Assembly (NCBI GenBank): GCA_963745835.1
Contig: CAVUZH010000006.1
Span: 1 to 16,814 of the forward strand
Direction: 5' to 3'
Length of the DNA: 16,814 nt
From: an uncultured delta proteobacterium
Lineage (GTDB): Bacteria > Desulfobacterota > Binatia > UBA9968
Part shown: piece by piece, positions 8,651 to 15,903 of the stretch
How positions within the stretch are numbered: position 1 is the stretch's first letter
Layout of the letters: each line of letters opens with the position of its first letter
Position numbers and translations under genes: made by a program
Notes under the pieces: generated by a model
Database searches by the model: none
The model's input: the letters and a program-made list of their open reading frames with translations, nothing else
Told to the model about the DNA's origin: nothing

Positions 8651-8703
8651 GACGGGGCGGCCAGCAACGGCCCGCCCTAAAATGGCTCACTTAATAGTTA
8701 GGC
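8651..8703 (+). other. attC-like site 1 (right half only)
   Basis: Hairpin GGGCGGCC/GGCCCGCCC followed by GGCTCACTTAATA-GTTAGGC. The GTTRRRY core is at 8697-8703, 16 bp before the TIR start codon. No left-hand RYYYAAC is visible. Confidence 0.65.
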
Positions 8704-8719
8704 AGCTAGGACTCTCATT

Positions 8720-9694
8720 ATGGACCAACAATTGATCGAAGTACCTCTTGATGTTTTATTTTCGCTCTTGAATCTCGATCAACCGGATGAAAACCGGACG
8801 TTCTACGTAAATTTCCGCCCATGCATCGAGGATCAAGGGTTGGCGGACCGGTTATATGGAGCTGGATTTCCCGCAATTTCATTCACCGACCTACCGGAAT
8901 ATAGAGAAGCCGCAATTACGCTGACAGCCGAGATTAGACACCATGTTCCAACTGGTCCAAGTGTCCAGATCGGCGGCGTTGATTTACCCCTTGAAGGGGG
9001 TCTTACTGGCTTAAGCCACTACCTCCGATGGCGCAACTCCGAGACGTCGTCTGTCGAATGGGTCGTGCATTACCAGGTCGGAGGCGAAAATTACAAAGTA
9101 AGCCCGAACAATGGACGAGTTCCGATAGCGGAACTCTCAGGTGCGGCCCGAAAAGCAATTCGTAATCTGGACGGTCTAGCTACAGAAACCGCATATGATC
9201 GATTTGCGCGCCTTGTTTCCAAGGCAGCAAAACCGTCAGGAGGAATCCAGCTGATTCCTCGTAAACGCAAAGTCTTCATTTCGTACCGACAGCCAGACTT
9301 AGACGTTGCGGAAAGTGTATATGAGCGGTTCAATTCGTATGGTCACGGCGCACACTTCGCACCATACCTCGATCGGCACGACCTCAAGCTGGGTGATTTG
9401 CGTTCGCAATTAGAGACACGGATCCGAGAAGCGGATCTCTTTGTACCTCTTGTTACGGATCGTTATGCTCAAGAGGGCAGCATAAGCGCTGAGGAGCTTG
9501 GTTGGGCCCGAGCTGAAGGGAAGCATCGGAGAGAGCACTGCGGCTTTATTGCGCCGATCTATATCGGTAGTCCGAAGTCCGATGTGGCTCGTATGTTGAA
9601 TCACTTAGTCCGACTCCCGATCGTCGATCTGAAGGAGATCCGGTCGCAAGCAAAAAATGTCGAGGACTTTCTCCGCATGTGCGTTGTTCCATAA
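8720..9694 (+). CDS. TIR-domain protein (C-terminal TIR_2-like domain, unrecognised ~180-aa N-terminal domain)
   Basis: KVFISYRQPD...YLDRHDLKLGD...IREADLFVPLVTDRY..SISAEELGWA...FIAPIYI follows the bacterial TIR pattern, with Glu at the catalytic (xxEL) position. RBS AGGA. Confidence 0.88.
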   Translation: MDQQLIEVPLDVLFSLLNLDQPDENRTFYVNFRPCIEDQGLADRLYGAGFPAISFTDLPEYREAAITLTAEIRHHVPTGPSVQIGGVDLPLEGGLTGLSHYLRWRNSETSSVEWVVHYQVGGENYKVSPNNGRVPIAELSGAARKAIRNLDGLATETAYDRFARLVSKAAKPSGGIQLIPRKRKVFISYRQPDLDVAESVYERFNSYGHGAHFAPYLDRHDLKLGDLRSQLETRIREADLFVPLVTDRYAQEGSISAEELGWARAEGKHRREHCGFIAPIYIGSPKSDVARMLNHLVRLPIVDLKEIRSQAKNVEDFLRMCVVP

Positions 9695-9698
9695 GGCT

Positions 9699-9778
9699 GG
9701 CTAACAAGCGGGTGAAGCTGACTCGGACAATATTTGGATTGACCTCAGCAACATGCCCGTGCAGCTTACCCTTAGTGC
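9699..9778 (+). other. attC-like site 2 (degenerate right end)
   Basis: GGCTAAC-AAGC-GGGTGAAGCTG starts 4 bp after the TIR stop. It pairs with CAGCTTACCC (9762-9771) leaving an extrahelical G. The terminal spacer and GTTRRRY are reduced to TTAGTGC. Confidence 0.7.
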
Positions 9779-9803
9779 TTATATTAGTGCCTATACTAGT
9801 ACT
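9772..9803. repeat. 12-bp tandem direct repeats upstream of the TA operon
   Basis: TTAGTGCTTATA / TTAGTGCCTATA / CTAGTACT, overlapping a TATACT -10-like hexamer. Confidence 0.6.
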
Positions 9804-9881
9804 GGTCCCTTTGAATGAATAATTTTCGTTTATTCGCATTTTGCCCTTCCTGATGATAACCTCGCGGTCAAAGGTGATTCT

Positions 9882-10079
9882 ATGAGCACCCTTACGATCA
9901 CACTCTCTGATGACCGCCTTGCCAAGCTGCAAGAAATTGCCGATCGCTTTAACATAAAAGCGGAGGACTTGGCCCGAGTCAGCGTTGAGGAGCTACTGAC
10001 GCGGCCCGACGAGTCCTTCCAGCAGGCCGCCGACTACATCCTTCACAAAAACGCCGAACTCTATCGACGTCTCGCCTAG
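9882..10079 (+). CDS. Type II antitoxin, CopG/ribbon-helix-helix-like DNA-binding protein
   Basis: 65 aa with an N-terminal alternating strand (TLTITLSDD) followed by helices, and C-terminal KNAELYRRLA. Its stop overlaps the toxin start (TAGTG). Confidence 0.85.
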   Translation: MSTLTITLSDDRLAKLQEIADRFNIKAEDLARVSVEELLTRPDESFQQAADYILHKNAELYRRLA

Positions 10080-10465
10080 TGCGCTATCTAACATTAAGTG
10101 AAGCGTTGGAATTGCATCGCCGAGTTATCGGTCAGTCTGGGGGAGCTTTAGGAGTTCTCAATCTAGCCGCTTTGGAATCGTCGCTGACTCAACCGCGCAT
10201 GACGTTTGGGGGCACAGAGCTGTACCCATCGATTGTGGACAAGGCGGCCGTGCTTGGCTATTCGCTTATTCAGAACCATCCGTTCTTGGACGGCAACAAG
10301 CGCACCGGTCATGCAGCCATGGAGGTCTTTCTGCTTCTCAACCATTGTGAGATTCAGGCGTCAGTCGATGAACAGGAAAGAATTGTCTTGCAGGTGGCAT
10401 CCGGCAAAATGGATCGAGAAGCATTTACGCTTTGGCTTCGTGACCATGTTACAGCAGAATGCTGA
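10079..10465 (+). CDS. doc: Death-on-curing (Doc/Fic) family toxin
   Basis: 128 aa with NHPFLDGNKRTG Doc-type Fic motif, an N-terminal LELHRRVI and LYPSIVDKAA. Confidence 0.93.
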   Translation: MRYLTLSEALELHRRVIGQSGGALGVLNLAALESSLTQPRMTFGGTELYPSIVDKAAVLGYSLIQNHPFLDGNKRTGHAAMEVFLLLNHCEIQASVDEQERIVLQVASGKMDREAFTLWLRDHVTAEC

Positions 10466-10473
10466 AGGTCGGA

Positions 10474-10531
10474 GGCTAACCATTCGATTCGGACTGATCG
10501 CTAGAAGCGACAGCCGAGCGTTTCGTTTTGT
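10474..10531 (+). other. attC-like site 3 (degenerate)
   Basis: GGCTAAC-CATTCG begins 8 bp after the doc stop. Bulged hairpin TCGG-a-CTG-a-TCGC/GCGA-CAG-CCGA, ending in a degenerate GTTTTGT. Confidence 0.55.
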
Positions 10532-10544
10532 GTAAGGGAGAACG

Positions 10545-11310
10545 GTGGACGTAAACCGTTTACAGCATCTTTGGGCGGTTACCCGGCGACTTCCGTATGC
10601 GTTTCGGATTATGTCCGCTGGCTCGGTGATAATCCGAACATCGACTTAGAGCACAATGACCTCATTTCGGTTGTGGAAGCCGAGGATGTCGAATGTCTTG
10701 AAAAGCTGGAGTACCTTCTGTGTCGAGCTCGCGAGATCATCGGGCTGAGCGGAAAAGGACTTTAAAACTTCTTTCGTTTTCTCGACCGATCTTCACTCCC
10801 GCGATTCCGACAAGATCCACGACGTGCTAGCCGAGCCTCGTCGCGGTGAGCTCGGCGATAAGGTCCCACTCGATTCGAAAGCTCCCTCAATTCATTAATC
10901 ATGAGGGTCGGCGCCTTCCGGCGGCTGACTTCACCGCCGAGCGGGCCCGGCAAGAAGTTCGCCATCGAGCTCAAAACCATTCGAATGGAGAACAAGACCT
11001 CAGACCGGAAAATTGACGGGAAGTGCTATGATCCCATCTTGGTGGCGTGACATGTTCCGTAATAACACTAAGACAAAATACAGGACAAAATAGCAGGGCC
11101 TGGCGCAACTAGCGAATACCAAAAGACATCTGAGGTGCCATTTCGCCATGTTGGCACTCTACAATAGGAGAATGGGGCCTTCTACCTTTGACGGATACGC
11201 AGGACTATCACGACGAACTGCGCCTAATTCTGAGAAAATATCCAGAACTCGACTACATCTTCTTCAAGACTATTTCGGCGAAGTGGTGGTGTGCCCTGAA
11301 TTGTCCAGAC
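10545..11310 (+). pseudogene. Multiply frameshifted PD-(D/E)XK nuclease-like gene remnant
   Basis: RBS GGGAG and GTG at 10545. Stitched frames give VDVNRLQHL/LGGYPAT...EIIGLSG/...DKIHDVLAE/...QFINHEGRRLPAADFTAERA/GKKFAIELKTIRME.../YHDELRLILRKYPELDYIFF, with an E...D...ExK arrangement. Confidence 0.5.
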
Positions 11311-11381
11311 AATCGGCTTAACGCGGATGCTCGGCAAACTGTGTGTGCTCCGCACCAGCACATATTAGCCGTTCGTTAGAC
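11303..11381 (+). other. attC-like site 4
   Basis: GTCCA(G)AC-AAT-CGGCT(T)AA ... inner hairpin TGTGCT/AGCACA ... TTAGCCG-TTC-GTTAGAC. The GTTRRRY core is at 11375-11381 and the extra base is in the left arm, as expected for + orientation. Confidence 0.7.
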
Positions 11382-12108
11382 GGCGCTCGTACGGAACGGC
11401 AATGCAAGTGTTTCGACTTCGCTGCGCAACTTCTCAATCTTTGCCAACTCACGTCCAGTTTAGAGAAAGATTCAGAAAGATTTGGGATCAGGCTGAGCTT
11501 GCCCGATTCGACTCTTAGGTCCTTGACACCTTCTGGTAATTTTTCTTAACAAGCGGGCTCAAAAGCATTGAGCGGCTTGAGAACATCCGAAGGAGATCTT
11601 TTTGATCCGCATCGGTTACGCTTGCATCAACACTAAGCTGCCCTCCCCCAATCGCACCTGCCGGCTAAAGAACGCAACATCCGATAAGATTCTGGAGCTG
11701 GCGTCAGCCAATGTCGAAGCATTGCAGCCGATCTTGGAATGGAATGCAGCGCGGCATTGAGCTCTTCCGCATCATGTCGGATCTGATCCCATTGGCTCGC
11801 TTTCGGATTAATTCGGTCCCATGGTTCCGGATCCTTAAGCCGCAATTGCGCGGCTATAGGTTATTCGTAAGAATTCTCCGGGGATAAGTCATCGGCCAGC
11901 CCTCATAGTTACCACAATCTTGTTTGCTGCAATTAAAACGTGCGCTGTCCTGCTTCCTACAAATCGCTCCGTTTGCTTTAAGCCAGCGGACATCTCTCAT
12001 TTTACGCTCTCCCCATTGTCGTGCGTCCGCCAACCGCATTAATACATGCTAGCGGTCCGAATTGGAATGTGCGGAAATAGAGTCCGCCTCGCGAATTGCC
12101 ATTCCCAT
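11382..12108 (-). pseudogene. Probable decayed minus-strand gene of unknown function
   Basis: GGGAG plus ATG at 12108 is in frame, through one TAG, with ORF fragment 11854-12039. Further fragments follow (11633-11845 and a KIEKLRSEVETLALP-like segment near 11390-11440). No family recognised. Confidence 0.3.
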
Positions 12109-12116
12109 TTTCTCCC

Positions 12117-13465
12117 TGTAGTAGCGAAGTGAATCTGTCAGGGGTTAATGGCAACGTGATTATGTCAGGGTGGGAGGATGACAACCCTGACAATGCAAGA
12201 CGAGAAGCGACTAGAGATAATACAACGGGTGTTGCGCCGTGAGCTGACAGTGATGCAAGCCGCGCTGGTGATGGGAGTAAGCGAGCGGCAGTGTTACCGG
12301 ATCAAAGCACGGGTCGATAAGACCGGAGCCAAGGGAGTGGTTCATGGCAACCGCGGACGGCCTTGTAAACGCAAGACCAAGGAGAAGACCATTAGACAGG
12401 TCTTGGCACTAGCCCGAGGGAAATACCAAGGCTTCAACGATCACCATCTGACCGAGAAGCTCAAAGAACAAGAAAAGATCAAGCTCAGTCGAGAGAAAGT
12501 CCGGCGTGTTCTTCGTGCAAACGGGATCGGTTCCCCCAAGAGGCGCCGCGGGATCAAACACCGAAGCCGCAGAGAAAGACGGGCCAGTGAGGGGATGATG
12601 CTCCAGGTCGATGGCTCCCCGCACGACTGGCTCCAAGGACGAGGGTCGCGCCTTTGTCTGATCGGGGCCATCGACGATGCCACGAGCAAAGTCATGGGAG
12701 CCTTTTTTGCCCCGGCCGAGAGCTCCTGGGGTTACTTCCACCTGTTCTGCGAGATCTTCAAGCAGCATGGAGTGCCCCAGTCGATCTATACCGACTGTCA
12801 CTCGGTATTCTGGACCGACCGGGAACCGACGTTAGAGGAGCAGTTGATCAACAGAAAACCCACTACCGAGGTGGGCCGAGGGTTAGAAGAGCTGGGGGTG
12901 ACCTTGATCCTAGCCCATTCCCCTCAGGCCAAGGGAAGAATCGAGAGACTGTGGAACACTTTCCAGGATCGACTGGTCAGTGAGCTGCGGCTGGCCAAGG
13001 CCAAGACCGTGGAACAGGCAACCGTGGTCCTGAATCGTTATCTCATCGTTCATAACCGTAGATTCGCTGAGCCCGCTAAAGCAGAGCCGGCCTGGAGAAA
13101 ACTCAGTGCGCTTAAAATCGAAAGGGCTTTGTGTTTCAAACAACAGCGTACCGTGGCCAAGGACAACACCGTGACTTTCGAAGGTTCGGTCTTGCAGATC
13201 CCTAAGACCTCGCCCTTTCGCTCCTATGCCAACAAGAGAATCGATGTGCATGTGCTTCTCGATGGCGCGGTGGAGTTTTTCTACAACACCGAGAAAATCG
13301 CAACCTTCGATTCAAAAACAACGCACACAATTGGCCTATATCGAACGAACGGTACGAAGGTGGGGTTCCGCTATGGTCCGCTTTCTACGCTGGCGACTTT
13401 ACCTCAGGTGTCACCCTGACATTTTTACGTTGCTGTTAACATGACATATTGACGTTGCTACGACA
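12117..13465 (+). mobile_element. Complete insertion sequence, IS1202 family (formerly ISNCY), 1349 bp, with 17-bp target-site duplication
   Basis: Ends are TGT...ACA. The left end TGTAGTAGCGAAGTGAATCTGTCA matches the right-end reverse complement TGTCGTAGCAACGTCAATATGTCA. A second inner repeat GCAACGT-N4-ATGTCAGGGTG occurs at both ends. CATTCCCATTTTCTCCC flanks it at 12100-12116 and 13466-13482. Confidence 0.93.
12178..13419 (+). CDS. DDE transposase (IS1202/ISNCY type; HTH plus integrase core)
   Basis: N-terminal HTH (AALVMGVSERQCYRI) and HGNRGR. The DDE triad lies in QVDGSPHDW, IYTDCHS and SPQAKGRIER. RBS GGGAGG. Confidence 0.95.
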   Translation: MTTLTMQDEKRLEIIQRVLRRELTVMQAALVMGVSERQCYRIKARVDKTGAKGVVHGNRGRPCKRKTKEKTIRQVLALARGKYQGFNDHHLTEKLKEQEKIKLSREKVRRVLRANGIGSPKRRRGIKHRSRRERRASEGMMLQVDGSPHDWLQGRGSRLCLIGAIDDATSKVMGAFFAPAESSWGYFHLFCEIFKQHGVPQSIYTDCHSVFWTDREPTLEEQLINRKPTTEVGRGLEELGVTLILAHSPQAKGRIERLWNTFQDRLVSELRLAKAKTVEQATVVLNRYLIVHNRRFAEPAKAEPAWRKLSALKIERALCFKQQRTVAKDNTVTFEGSVLQIPKTSPFRSYANKRIDVHVLLDGAVEFFYNTEKIATFDSKTTHTIGLYRTNGTKVGFRYGPLSTLATLPQVSP

Positions 13466-13556
13466 CATTCCCATTTTCTCCCTTGACGCTCGAGCGCGGT
13501 TTCGATTAGCCTCGGGTAGAAAACCAACCACCGCTTGCGATCTGATGAGGTGCAAT

Positions 13557-14588
13557 ATGATGACGGCTTTGATGATTCTTCTAGGTGTATTCCTTTACAG
13601 CATGAACGCACAGGCACAGACGCCTTTCTATCAAGGAAAAACCATCACCGTTATCATCGGCACGCCGCCCGGAAATCTTTATGATCTCTGGGGGCGTTTG
13701 ATCGTCGAACACATGGGCAAACATATTCCGGGCAATCCCGCTTTCATCGTGCAGAACATGCCCGGGGCCGGCCACGTGATCGCGGTCAACCATCTCTATA
13801 AGGTCGTAAAACCAGATGGATTGACGATCATCGGCTCAGTGATTCCATCGCTCTATCTTAATCAGCTGATCGGCAGACCCGAGATTCAATTCGATTGGTC
13901 CAAGTTCACTTGGATCGGCTCGCCGGCGCGGGGCGCAAGCCAGATGTACATGCGCAGCGACACGCCCTACAAAACTATCGAAGATGTCCGCACGGCCAAA
14001 GAGCCACCGAAATGCGGCGCGACCGGCGTCACCGGGCCCGATTCCTACTACCCGAAGCTGTTGCAAGAGACCGTGGGCGCGAAATTTACCATCGTGTCAG
14101 GTTATCCGGGTGGCACCGATATCGACCTCGGCGTCGAGCGCGGCGAGATTCACTGCCGCGCTTTTACCATCGAGGCATTCTTTGGCCGGGAGCCGTACCA
14201 TACCTGGCGCAAAAAAGGCTTCGTCCACCATTTGTTTCAGAGCGGTAAAACGCGCGACTCTCGCTTGCCGAATACGCCGACAATCTTCGAGATCATGGAT
14301 CAATACAAAACCAATGAATCGGGACGGCGGCTTGCAACCGTGATACTCGGCGCCGATGGTATGGGTAGGCCGATGTTTGGACCGCCCGGCATGCCGGGCG
14401 ATCGTTTAGCAATTCTGCGCGATGCCTTCACGAAGACCATGGCCGACGAGCAGTTCCGCGCGGAAGTGAAGAAGCGAAACTATGAGTTCGATCCGATCGC
14501 GGGCGATGAGCTGCAAGACTTGTCGAAGGAAGTAACCAGCCAACCACCCGAAACTATAGAGCGTTTAAAGAAGCTTTTATCGAACTGA
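13557..14588 (+). CDS. Bug/TctC-family substrate-binding protein
   Basis: Signal peptide ending AQA, then FYQGKTITVIIGTPPG, HIPGNPAFIVQNMPGAG, KPDGLTI and VSGYPGG. Start moved to ATG 13557 behind GAGG, because the ORF-track extension runs into the IS end. Confidence 0.92.
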   Translation: MMTALMILLGVFLYSMNAQAQTPFYQGKTITVIIGTPPGNLYDLWGRLIVEHMGKHIPGNPAFIVQNMPGAGHVIAVNHLYKVVKPDGLTIIGSVIPSLYLNQLIGRPEIQFDWSKFTWIGSPARGASQMYMRSDTPYKTIEDVRTAKEPPKCGATGVTGPDSYYPKLLQETVGAKFTIVSGYPGGTDIDLGVERGEIHCRAFTIEAFFGREPYHTWRKKGFVHHLFQSGKTRDSRLPNTPTIFEIMDQYKTNESGRRLATVILGADGMGRPMFGPPGMPGDRLAILRDAFTKTMADEQFRAEVKKRNYEFDPIAGDELQDLSKEVTSQPPETIERLKKLLSN

Positions 14589-14947
14589 TATTTCAGCGGA
14601 AGAATCCTTTGTCGAAGTGTTCGCGCGAGCTTACTTGCATTGGATTCGGAACCTCCACGAGAGCTTCCATCCTAAATAGATGCAGATCAAGGCCCCGCCA
14701 CTTTTGGTATCGGCGGCAGCCGCTAACGGTGATCCGCGATAATTTATTAATTTAAAAGCATCCGTATCGATAAACTACTGTTCGTCCTGGCTCCAGGAAT
14801 TCTGGTCTTCCAACCCGTGATCTCTTTCTTTTACGCCTGCATCATTCATCACGTCCCAAATTCGGGACTAGCTGAAGCGATTTGCATTATCTCTGAGAAC
14901 AGAGCTTGAAACTGCTAAATTTTTCGCACCGAGAAAAGCAGCGCGTT

Positions 14948-14962
14948 TGGTATTGATCTTGC
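14948..14962 (+). promoter_or_regulatory. Putative sigma54 (-24/-12) promoter
   Basis: TGGTAT-TGATC-TTGC has the GG-N10-GC spacing of consensus TGGCAC-N5-TTGC. It lies 57 bp before the ferritin ATG, in a long intergenic region. Confidence 0.6.
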
Positions 14963-15019
14963 GCGCTTTCCCGACAGCGGGTGAGACACTGCCGGCTTCG
15001 CAAATCGAAAGGAGAAATT

Positions 15020-15556
15020 ATGCCTAGCGAAAAAAATAGCGTTGGAGAAGTTCAAGAAGCAATCAGAAGAGGAGCTATAACGCGGGAATATAGAGCCGAC
15101 ACAAAACGGGTCATCCAAGCTTTGAACGGGCTAAGATCCACCGAGATCATGAGCTATCTACAGTACATGCAACATCAGTATATGGCCGTTTCCTTGTTGT
15201 CGCCGGGTCTCAAGACTGAGTTTGAGGCGCATGCAACGCAAGAGCTTGATCATGCCAATCGGTTGGCTGAACGAATTCAGCAACTCGGCGGTGTGCCTGT
15301 TTATGACCCGAAGGAGATTTCGACTAAAGCTGCAAGCGTTGGGGTCGAACCGGAGCAAGGCACGACGTTAACTGAAATGGTTGTGGAGGATCTGTTACTT
15401 GAAAGACAGCAGATTGAAGTTTACAGCGCCTTGATTCGAGAGATTGGTGATCAAGATCTCGTGACCCGGCACGTGCTGCTGGGCATCCTTGCCGAAACGG
15501 AAAAACATGCCAGCGAATTGGCCGATTACCTGAAAAGAACTGCGGATACACATTAA
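15020..15556 (+). CDS. Ferritin-like (bacterioferritin/DpsL-like) di-iron protein
   Basis: Ligand pattern STEIMS..Y, QELDHA, LLERQQ..Y and ETEKHA, plus LAERIQQLGGVP. RBS AAGGAG precedes ATG 15020. Confidence 0.9.
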   Translation: MPSEKNSVGEVQEAIRRGAITREYRADTKRVIQALNGLRSTEIMSYLQYMQHQYMAVSLLSPGLKTEFEAHATQELDHANRLAERIQQLGGVPVYDPKEISTKAASVGVEPEQGTTLTEMVVEDLLLERQQIEVYSALIREIGDQDLVTRHVLLGILAETEKHASELADYLKRTADTH

Positions 15557-15627
15557 CCAACGGAGGCTGCCGATAGCTGCCGATGATTGTCGGTCTATCG
15601 GCGGCGTCTACAAAGGCGCATGTTTTT

Positions 15628-15852
15628 ATGGCTAAAGAATTAAAGCCCGGCGATCGCGTGCAGTGGAACACTCCCCAGGGAAAAACCACCGGCAGAGTCA
15701 AAAAGAAGCTTACGTCTGCTAAAAAGATCAAGGGACATGTCGCCAAAGCGTCAAAAAAGAATCCGGAATACTTAGTCCAAAGCGACAAATCGGGTAGACA
15801 AGCGGCTCACAAACCCGGCGAGCTTCACAACGCGCGCACCCGCCCTAAGTGA
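15628..15852 (+). CDS. DUF2945 / Hva1 TUDOR-domain small basic protein
   Basis: LKPGDRVQWNTPQGKTTGRV...ASKKNPEYLVQSDKSGRQAAHKP. Confidence 0.88.
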   Translation: MAKELKPGDRVQWNTPQGKTTGRVKKKLTSAKKIKGHVAKASKKNPEYLVQSDKSGRQAAHKPGELHNARTRPK

Positions 15853-15903
15853 CCTGCTTCCAGCTTCGACTGATCGAGAACCCCAGCGGTGAACGCGACC
15901 ACA

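Noticed and set aside
8220-8694. ORFs 8220-8594 and 8425-8694 as genes
   Set aside because: Explained by overlap with the 7462-8415 gene and the frameshifted VOC remnant.
8720-10465. Complete Thoeris or CBASS system
   Set aside because: No SIR2/Macro ThsA, cyclase or other partner gene in the window. Only a lone TIR gene is supported.
13449-13556. N-terminal extension of the Bug ORF and an IS-derived hybrid promoter (TTGACG-17-CATTTT)
   Set aside because: The extension begins inside the IS end and precedes the signal peptide. The -10 match is weak, and a native TTGACG-18-TAGCCT at 13483-13512 is an equally plausible alternative.
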